NCBI GenBank assembly: GCA_964606485.1
Contig: CAZSGP010000002.1
Coordinates: 138,766 to 202,765, forward strand
Length of the DNA stretch: 64,000 nucleotides
Direction of reading: 5' to 3'
Source: an uncultured Planctomycetia bacterium
Lineage (GTDB): Bacteria > Omnitrophota > Gorgyraeia > 2-02-FULL-51-18
Shown here: one piece after another, positions 57,754 to 64,000 of the stretch
How positions within the stretch are numbered: position 1 is the first letter of the stretch
How the letters are laid out: each line of letters begins with the position of its first letter
Translations under genes and position numbers: made by a program
Notes under the pieces: generated by a model
The model's database searches: none
Seen by the model: the letters and a program-made list of their open reading frames with translations, nothing else
Told to the model about the DNA's origin: nothing

Positions 57754-59282
57754 TCGATCGTGGCGGGAGGTTTGGAGCTTACGTCATAAACGACGCGGTT
57801 TACACCTTTGACTTCATTGATGATGCGATTAGAAATTTTTCCGAGTATGGGTTTCGGGATCTCAAACCAGTCAGCCGTCATGCCGTCAACACTGGTAACG
57901 GCACGAAGGGCGACCACATTTTCGTAAGTACGCTCATCCCCCATCACGCCCACGCTTTTAACAGGAAGTAGCACGGCGAACGCTTGCCAAATTTTATTGT
58001 ATAGCCCGGCGTTGCGGATTTCTTCGATGAAGCGTGCATCCGCTTCTCTTAAAATACGAAGCCGTTCTTCCGTAACATCGCCGAGCACTCGCACCGCAAG
58101 ACCCGGACCCGGAAATGGATGACGACCCACCAGCGTTTCAGGAAGACCAAGTTCCCTTCCCAATTGCCGCGTCTCGTCTTTAAAAAGTTCGCGAAGCGGC
58201 TCGATGAGTTTCAAATTCATTTTTTCAGGAAGACCGCCCACGTTGTGATGGGTTTTGATCACGGCCGACGGACCACCAAACGCCGAACGGCTTTCGATCA
58301 CGTCCGGGTAAAGAGTCCCTTGGGCTAAAAATTTGACGTTCTTGATGCGTTTGGCTTCCCTGTCGAATGCGTTGATAAACTCATGGCCAATGATTTTCCG
58401 CTTCCGTTCAGGCTCAGTGACGCCTTTTAATTTCTTTAAGAAATTTTTCTGTGCCTGCACAAAATGAATTTCGCAGTTAAAGCGGCCTTTAAAGGCACGG
58501 CGCACTTCCTCTTCTTCATTTTTACGGCAGAGGCCGTTATTTACAAAGATACAAACAAGTTTTTTTCCCACCGCGCGCGCAAGAAGCGCTCCGGCAACCG
58601 AGGAATCCACACCTCCCGAAAGACCCAAGATCACGCGAGAACCGCCCACCTTCTGGCGAATAATTCCAATTTGTTCGCGGATAAAATTTTTCATCGTCCA
58701 CGAAGGATGAAAGCGGCAAATCGGGAACAAAAAGTTTTGAATGATTTGCGTGCCGTACTCGCTATGCATCACTTCCGGGTGAAACTGCACGCCGTAAATT
58801 TTCTTTTCGGTGTTTTCAAAGGCGGCTAAGTGCGTGTTCTTCGTATCGGCCGTTTTTGAGAAGCCTTTCGGCATCCGCGCCACATAATCGCCGTGACTCA
58901 TCCAGCTAATCGACTTGCGGGGAACCTTGAAAAAAAGTTTTCCAGGTCTATTGCCGAGGTAAAGCTCTGCGCGGCCGTATTCGCGATGACGCGCTTTTTT
59001 AACGTGTCCGCCTAAAAGCTGTGAAATCGCCTGCATGCCGTAGCAAATGCCCAGCACCGGAACGCCCATTTGTAAAAGGGCCGGATTTAATTTCGGTGAA
59101 TTTTTTTGGTAAATGCTCGCAGGACCCCCGGAAAGAATGATGCCTTTGATATTTTTTTCGCGAAGGGATTCGAGGGAAACGGTGGGTGGCACGATTTCGC
59201 AGAAGACCTTAGCTTCACGCACGCGCCGCGCGATAAGCTGATTGTACTGCGAACCAAAATCAATAATTAATAGGGTTTCCAT
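57744..59282 (-). CDS. guaA: GMP synthase (glutamine-hydrolysing)
   Basis: 512 aa with an N-terminal class-I glutamine amidotransferase domain (GICYGMQ), a PP-loop SGGVDSS, and a C-terminal dimerisation domain ending ...PPATIEWE. Confidence 0.95.
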   Translation of the reverse strand: METLLIIDFGSQYNQLIARRVREAKVFCEIVPPTVSLESLREKNIKGIILSGGPASIYQKNSPKLNPALLQMGVPVLGICYGMQAISQLLGGHVKKARHREYGRAELYLGNRPGKLFFKVPRKSISWMSHGDYVARMPKGFSKTADTKNTHLAAFENTEKKIYGVQFHPEVMHSEYGTQIIQNFLFPICRFHPSWTMKNFIREQIGIIRQKVGGSRVILGLSGGVDSSVAGALLARAVGKKLVCIFVNNGLCRKNEEEEVRRAFKGRFNCEIHFVQAQKNFLKKLKGVTEPERKRKIIGHEFINAFDREAKRIKNVKFLAQGTLYPDVIESRSAFGGPSAVIKTHHNVGGLPEKMNLKLIEPLRELFKDETRQLGRELGLPETLVGRHPFPGPGLAVRVLGDVTEERLRILREADARFIEEIRNAGLYNKIWQAFAVLLPVKSVGVMGDERTYENVVALRAVTSVDGMTADWFEIPKPILGKISNRIINEVKGVNRVVYDVSSKPPATIEWE

Positions 59283-59917
59283 GATCTTACCGGTTCAAAA
59301 CTTTTTCGATGAATCTCGCACGGACCTTTTGTTTTAAGCGCCTCCACATGCTGGCGCGTTCCATAGCCCTTATGTTTTTTAAATCCGTACTCCGGATAAA
59401 CGTCATCGTAATAATCCATCATCCGGTCCCGCGTAACTTTTGCCACAATCGACGCGCAGGCAATCGAAAACGAAAGCGCATCTCCGTCCACAATCGCAAA
59501 CTGTCTTATCGGAAGTTTCGGGGTTTTATTCCCATCCACCAACAAACAATCGGGCAACACACCGAGCTTTCCGACCGCGATTTCCATCGCCTTCAGCGAC
59601 GCTTGGAGAATATTGATTCGGTCAATCTCCCTCGTCTCCACCACTCCAATCCCCACGATGCACTTACCCATAATCTCATCGAAGGCCGCCTCGCGTTTCT
59701 TGGCGGTTAATTTCTTGGAGTCATCTACTGCACTTAAAAACGAAAAGTCCCTGACGATGACTGCTGAAGCGACCACCGGTCCCGCTAGAGGACCGCGACC
59801 CGCTTCATCCACTCCCGCCAGGGACGAGAAGCCTTGCTTTAGAAACTGTTCGTCATGCCGAAGCAGCGCTTGGAGATTCAACCTTGCGGTCTTCTTCGAT
59901 GCGATGCTGTTTACCAA
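59267..59917 (-). CDS. rnhB: ribonuclease HII
   Basis: 216 aa with the [15 protein letters not shown] catalytic motif. The annotated start overlaps the rplS 3' end by ~65 nt, so the true start may be downstream. Confidence 0.85.
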   Translation of the reverse strand: MVNSIASKKTARLNLQALLRHDEQFLKQGFSSLAGVDEAGRGPLAGPVVASAVIVRDFSFLSAVDDSKKLTAKKREAAFDEIMGKCIVGIGVVETREIDRINILQASLKAMEIAVGKLGVLPDCLLVDGNKTPKLPIRQFAIVDGDALSFSIACASIVAKVTRDRMMDYYDDVYPEYGFKKHKGYGTRQHVEALKTKGPCEIHRKSFEPVRSWKPY

Positions 59918-60230
59918 CCGAACCTCTCAAATAATAAAGTTTCGAACGGCGAACTTTTCCAGAACGAATCACTTCAATTTTTTGAACCGTCGGTGAATGG
60001 ACCGGGAAACTGCGTTCAACGCCTTCACCAAAAGAGACGCGGCGAACCACAATCGTTTCGCGAATGCTCGAACCATTCTTAGCGATAACCGTGCCTTCGA
60101 AATTTTGGGTGCGAATCTTGTCGCCCTCTTCAATAACTTTGACGGCGATGCGGACGCTATCTCCCACTTTGTAACGCGGAAGGTCCTTTTTTAGATTCTC
60201 TTGTTCCAACTCTTTAATTAACCGATGCAT
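59853..60230 (-). CDS. rplS: 50S ribosomal protein L19
   Basis: 125 aa; the ...[31 protein letters not shown]... sequence is the L19 core. Confidence 0.9.
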   Translation of the reverse strand: MHRLIKELEQENLKKDLPRYKVGDSVRIAVKVIEEGDKIRTQNFEGTVIAKNGSSIRETIVVRRVSFGEGVERSFPVHSPTVQKIEVIRSGKVRRSKLYYLRGSVGKQHRIEEDRKVESPSAASA

Positions 60231-60245
60231 TTTCGTTCCTCGTTT

Positions 60246-60947
60246 CTATCTTTTAACTTCTAACAAATCCGGCCGCCGTTTAACCGTCTTTTCATAAGCC
60301 ATCTTCTGCCTCCAGTCGGCAATCTTTTTATGATCGCCTGAAAGAAGAACCTGGGGCACCTTGAGACCCTGGTATTCGGCTGGCCTTGTATAGTGGGGGT
60401 ATTCTAGCAGATTTTGGGAGAAAGTTTCAAATTCCTTCGATTCCTCTCTCCCGAGCACCCCTTTGACAAAACGGGCGGCTGTTTCGATCACCACCATGGC
60501 TGGAAGCTCGCCTCCAGTCAAAACATAGTCTCCAACCGAGATCTCGTCCGTCACAAAACGATCAATCACGCGCTGATCGACCCCCTCGTAATGGCCGCAA
60601 AGGATGACTATCTCCTTCACCTTGGCCAACTCCTGGGCTTTTTTTTGCGTCAGCGTTTCTCCCTGCGGAGACATGTACAAAAAGCGAAAATTCTTCGACT
60701 TGCGGCTAGCTTTGCGCTTAGGGAAGAGCTTGGCGCAGGCCTTAAAAATCGGCTCAGGCTTCATCAGCATCCCCGGCCCCCCACCAAAGGGTTTATCGTC
60801 GCAAGTCTTATGACGGTCGGTGGCGAAAGCCCTTAGATCGTGCACTTCGACCGAGATCAATTTCTTCTCGATCGCGCGCTTGATCATCGAATGCGAGGTA
60901 AAACAATGAAAGCTGGTCGGAAACAGCGTTAAAACGTGGATTTTCAT
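60246..60947 (-). CDS. trmD: tRNA (guanine37-N1)-methyltransferase
   Basis: 233 aa; SPOUT knot motifs (DDKPFGGGPGMLM, ILCGHYEGVDQRV). Confidence 0.92.
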   Translation of the reverse strand: MKIHVLTLFPTSFHCFTSHSMIKRAIEKKLISVEVHDLRAFATDRHKTCDDKPFGGGPGMLMKPEPIFKACAKLFPKRKASRKSKNFRFLYMSPQGETLTQKKAQELAKVKEIVILCGHYEGVDQRVIDRFVTDEISVGDYVLTGGELPAMVVIETAARFVKGVLGREESKEFETFSQNLLEYPHYTRPAEYQGLKVPQVLLSGDHKKIADWRQKMAYEKTVKRRPDLLEVKR

Positions 60948-60954
60948 CCTACGT

Positions 60955-61203
60955 TTATTTAAATTTAATTCCGGCCTTTTTTAAAATCGAGCGAACGGTT
61001 TCGGAAGGCTTTGCACCCTTCTTGATCCAGTGTTCAATGCGCTCATTTTTCACGCTCATTTCGGCGGGTTCCTTGGATGGATCCCAATACCCAACTTCTT
61101 CCAGAAAACGTCCATCGCGCGGAAACTTGCTGTCCGTCACCACGATGCGGTGCTTAATCTTCTTCTTGGTTCCGGTTGATTTCATGCGAATTACGACTGC
61201 CAT
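60955..61203 (-). CDS. rpsP: 30S ribosomal protein S16
   Basis: MAVVIRMK...RDGRFLEEVGYWDP is the canonical S16 sequence. The start was moved to the internal Met at aa 4 of the ORF. No rimM lies between rpsP and trmD. Confidence 0.88.
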   Translation of the reverse strand: MAVVIRMKSTGTKKKIKHRIVVTDSKFPRDGRFLEEVGYWDPSKEPAEMSVKNERIEHWIKKGAKPSETVRSILKKAGIKFK

Positions 61204-61230
61204 TTCATTCACCCCTCTCTCTCTCTTTTT

Positions 61231-62499
61231 TTAACGATTATCTTTTTCTCTTCTGATCTTAGCGCCTAAACTTTGTAATTTTTGAACCAAATTTTCATAG
61301 CCGCGGTCTAAATGATACACGCGCGACACTTCAGTCTCGCCTTCAGCTACCAGTCCCGCAAGCACGAGGGCGGCACTCGCGCGCAAATCGGACGCCATCA
61401 CTGGCGCGCCACTCAAAGTTTTTTTGCCGCTCACAATCGCGCTGTGTCCTTCAAGCATGATGTTGGCGCCCATGCGGTTAAGCTCCGAAACGTGCATGAA
61501 GCGCTCTGGGTAAATCTTTTCCGTGATCACGCTGATTCCCGGCACCACGCACATCAAAGCCATCATCTGCGCCTGCAAGTCGGTCGGAAAGCCCGGGTAC
61601 GGCAAAGTCGTCACGGAAACCGGACGGAGGATTTTCTCACGACGCACCCGTACATGTCCATTTTTCTCGGTGATCATAACACCGGCGTCTTTAAGCTTAT
61701 CGAGCATCGCGCCGAGCATGTGAAGCTGCATGTTTTTAAGCGTCACGTCGCCCTTGGTCATGGCCGAGCCAATAATATACGTTCCCGCTTCAATGCGGTC
61801 CGGAATAATCGAGTAGGTTGCGCCATTCAAATGCTTCACACCTTCAATTTCAATCGACGGAGAACCGAGACCCTCGATCTTCGCGCCCATTTTCTTCAGA
61901 TAATTACCAAGGTCGACAACCTCGGGCTCGCAAGCGGCGCTATCAATCACTGTTTTACCTTGGGCGAGACACGCGGCCATCATGACATTGGCAGTGCCAA
62001 GAACACTCGACCCAAACGCTCCGCCCAAATAAATGCGACCGCCCATTAATTTTTTAGTCTTTGCCATCACATAACCATGGTCCAGCGTAATGTCGGCGCC
62101 AAGCGAGCGGATTCCCTTGATATGCAAATCGATCGGACGTGGACCAATGACGCAACCGCCCGGAAACGAAACTTGCGCATGACCAAAACGCGCGAGTAGC
62201 GGTCCAAGCAAACAAATCGAGCCGCGCATTGTGCTGACAATCTTATAATCGAGAATTGGAGACTTGATCCCGCTCGGATCCACAGTGACCGTGCTTCCTT
62301 CGTGGGTCACTTTTGCGCCGAGTAATTTCAAAATTTTAATCATGGTCAAAATGTCCGAAACAGACGGGACATTTTTGATCACAGATTTTTGCTTACTCAG
62401 AACAGTGGCCGCTAAAATAGGAAGTGCTGCGTTTTTGGCGCCGCTCACTTCCACCGTGCCCTCTAGCTTATGGCCACCTTGAATAACGAGTTTATCCAT
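61231..62499 (-). CDS. murA: UDP-N-acetylglucosamine 1-carboxyvinyltransferase
   Basis: 422 aa; the N-terminus LVIQGGHKLEGTVEVSGAKNAALPILAA and the EPSP-synthase fold are typical of MurA. Confidence 0.95.
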   Translation of the reverse strand: MDKLVIQGGHKLEGTVEVSGAKNAALPILAATVLSKQKSVIKNVPSVSDILTMIKILKLLGAKVTHEGSTVTVDPSGIKSPILDYKIVSTMRGSICLLGPLLARFGHAQVSFPGGCVIGPRPIDLHIKGIRSLGADITLDHGYVMAKTKKLMGGRIYLGGAFGSSVLGTANVMMAACLAQGKTVIDSAACEPEVVDLGNYLKKMGAKIEGLGSPSIEIEGVKHLNGATYSIIPDRIEAGTYIIGSAMTKGDVTLKNMQLHMLGAMLDKLKDAGVMITEKNGHVRVRREKILRPVSVTTLPYPGFPTDLQAQMMALMCVVPGISVITEKIYPERFMHVSELNRMGANIMLEGHSAIVSGKKTLSGAPVMASDLRASAALVLAGLVAEGETEVSRVYHLDRGYENLVQKLQSLGAKIRREKDNR

Positions 62500-63421
62500 G
62501 CTGAATTTTTAACACTCTCTCAATTCCGTTAAAATCTTTGATAAATTCCAAATTTTTGTAATTCGAACTATCTTTTAAAATTTTGCGCAACGCCTTCGAT
62601 TGCCCCGCGCCGATTTCCATCAAAAGAAAACCGCCCTTTTTTAAATAACGCGGCGCTTCATCCAAAATTTTCTCGATGATCTGAAGTCCGTTTTTTCCAC
62701 CGTCCAGCGCGAGCCTTGGGTCGCACTTCACTTCAGGCGACAAACCGTTTAATTCCTTTTTGGGAATATACGGAGGATTTGAAACAATCACATCCCATTG
62801 CGCTCCCGGCTTTATCGAACTAAAAAGGTCGCTTTTTTGAAAATGAATCTGCTTCCCAACCCCATGCAATCTAGCGTTTTTACGAGCTAAATTCAGCGCT
62901 TTTTGGCTCTTATCGAGAGCCGTCATTCTACAGTCGGGTAAAGCCAGAGTCAAGCTGACCGCAACGCACCCTGATCCAGTACCTAAATCTAGAATTTCGG
63001 GCTCGGGGTCCTGCCGGCGGTTGTCCGCTCGAAAGCCACCTTCGGTGTTTTCGAGACGGACGCCTACCGCCGTCACCCCTCGCTCTTGACTCTTAGCTAG
63101 AACAGATAGGGTTTCGCTTACCAAAATCTCCGTCTCGGGCCGTGGAATCAGCGCGTCTTTGGTCGTGATGAACCGGTGCCCATAAAACCAAGCTTCTCCC
63201 AAGATATGCTGAAGCGGCTCGCGCTTGATGCGCCGCTTGAGCGCCTTCTCAATCTTTTTTTGGGTGACACTGGAAACCGGCTGATCCTTTAAAAAAAAAT
63301 CCGCTCGGCCAAGCTTCGTAAAATGGCCCAGTAAAATTTCAGCTTCCGCTTGGGCGGATGCTATTTTATTTTTTTTAAATATATTTCGGATATTATTTAA
63401 TAAATGAAAGGTGGTGAGCAA
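62492..63421 (-). CDS. prmC: release factor glutamine methyltransferase (PrmC/HemK) with in-frame repeat-element insertion
   Basis: 309 aa; NPPY motif (VSNPPYIPKKE), SAM-binding LDLGTGSG. A 25-aa insertion GVTAVGVRLENTEGGFRADNRRQDP, encoded by repeat copy 4, sits just before the MTase domain. Confidence 0.9.
   Translation of the reverse strand: MLTTFHLLNNIRNIFKKNKIASAQAEAEILLGHFTKLGRADFFLKDQPVSSVTQKKIEKALKRRIKREPLQHILGEAWFYGHRFITTKDALIPRPETEILVSETLSVLAKSQERGVTAVGVRLENTEGGFRADNRRQDPEPEILDLGTGSGCVAVSLTLALPDCRMTALDKSQKALNLARKNARLHGVGKQIHFQKSDLFSSIKPGAQWDVIVSNPPYIPKKELNGLSPEVKCDPRLALDGGKNGLQIIEKILDEAPRYLKKGGFLLMEIGAGQSKALRKILKDSSNYKNLEFIKDFNGIERVLKIQHG
63006..63078 (+). repeat. 75-nt palindromic repeat element, copy 4 (in-frame insertion inside prmC)
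   Basis: The same core, with gttgtccgCtcgaaa as the one variant position. The flanks are only partly complementary (ctcgggg / cccctcg). Confidence 0.85.
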
Positions 63422-63424
63422 GAA

Positions 63425-64000
63425 TCAGCTAGCTTGTTTTTCAAGCTCGTGTTCGTAGAGCGCGTTTACGAAAGGTTCGATACCACCCTCCATCACCGCT
63501 TCTAAATTATAAAGCGTCAGACCCACGCGGTGGTCCGTAACGCGCCGGTCGGGGAAATTATAGGTACGGATTTTTTCACTGCGGTCTCCGGAACCGACTT
63601 GCTCTTTTCGGTTCTTGGCGATTTCGGCGTTGCGCTCGCTCATAATTTTATCGTACAGCCGCGAGCGTAAAATTTTCATGCCCTTTTGTTTGTTCTTGAG
63701 CTGAGATTTTTCATCCTGGCAGCTCACCACGAGCCCTGAAGGAATGTGTGTAATGCGCACCGCGGAGTCCGTGGTGTTCACCGACTGTCCGCCAGGACCA
63801 CCCGAACGAAACACGTCAATTCGAAGTTCTTCAGGCTTAATTTCCACGTCCACTTCTTCGGCTTCCGGTAAAATTGCCACCGTCACAGCCGACGTATGAA
63901 TGCGACCTTGAGCTTCGGTCGCTGGCACGCGCTGAACGCGGTGCGTGCCGCTTTCAAATTTATACTTTCCAAAAGCACCATCACCCGTGATATTGGCGAC
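63425..64000 (-). CDS. prfA: peptide chain release factor 1 (C-terminal part; gene runs off the window edge)
   Basis: GGQ motif ([25 protein letters not shown]). The reading frame stays open to position 64000 (…[18 protein letters not shown]…). RF1 is assigned rather than RF2 from its adjacency to prmC. Confidence 0.88.
   Translation of the reverse strand, partial: VANITGDGAFGKYKFESGTHRVQRVPATEAQGRIHTSAVTVAILPEAEEVDVEIKPEELRIDVFRSGGPGGQSVNTTDSAVRITHIPSGLVVSCQDEKSQLKNKQKGMKILRSRLYDKIMSERNAEIAKNRKEQVGSGDRSEKIRTYNFPDRRVTDHRVGLTLYNLEAVMEGGIEPFVNALYEHELEKQAS

Noticed and set aside
38844-63078. Short flanks of the 75-nt element as target-site duplications
   Set aside because: The flanks are inverted-complementary to each other rather than direct repeats. 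This fits extended stems or insertion into palindromes, not classic TSDs.

Overview
This 64 kb window is a bacterial chromosomal segment with essentially every gene on the minus strand. The order of the ribosomal-protein and RNA-polymerase gene blocks resembles that of deltaproteobacteria and Bdellovibrio-like lineages (inference only). From high to low coordinate, 16.9 to 0 kb holds a contiguous translation/transcription super-operon: tRNA-Thr, tuf, rpmG, terminator, tRNA-Trp, secE, nusG, rplK, rplA, rplJ, rplL, attenuator, rpoB, rpoC, rpsL, rpsG, fusA, tuf, rpsJ. It carries two tuf copies that are identical over the whole CDS. 17 to 46 kb holds housekeeping genes: a tRNA cluster, CDP-alcohol phosphatidyltransferase, a PII-like protein, a GGDEF protein, nnr, acpS, pdxJ, cdaR-like/cdaA, folP, ftsH, archaeal-type inositol-3-phosphate synthase, a porin-like outer-membrane protein, a sigma factor, ppdK, glyS/glyQ, recO, a dgkA-PAP2 fusion, ybeY, aspS, hisS, HU/IHF and dnaE. 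57.7 to 64 kb holds guaA, rnhB, rplS, trmD, rpsP, murA, prmC and a partial prfA. The stand-out is one uninterrupted 9,936-nt ORF (46262..56197, minus strand) encoding a 3311-aa membrane-anchored mosaic protein. Its parts are a signal-peptide-like N-terminus, a ~220-aa domain of unknown function present twice (~640 bp at ~90% nucleotide identity, 5 kb apart), a DRE-TIM/HMGL-like metallolyase domain (DTLRDGIQS ... HLHDHGLG), a P-loop kinase-like domain (GLSGGGKTT), several transmembrane segments including one carrying an HELFHH (HExxH) motif, and about ten recurrences of a G/A-A-R-L-A/S pentapeptide at apparent module junctions. A secreted 452-aa protein of unknown function lies immediately upstream. 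The second notable feature is a ~75-nt structured palindromic repeat (core gggtcctgccggcggttgtccg...cggacgcctaccgccgtcaccc) present four times in the same orientation. Two copies sit at gene 3' ends and supply the last codons plus the TGA stop of ybeY and hisS. Two copies are inserted in frame inside coding sequence (the giant ORF and prmC), where they translate to the same 25-aa peptide, (R)VTAVGVRLENTEGGFR(T/A)DNRRQDP. This behaviour recalls Rickettsia palindromic elements. No CRISPR array, integrase, transposase or obvious prophage was seen.
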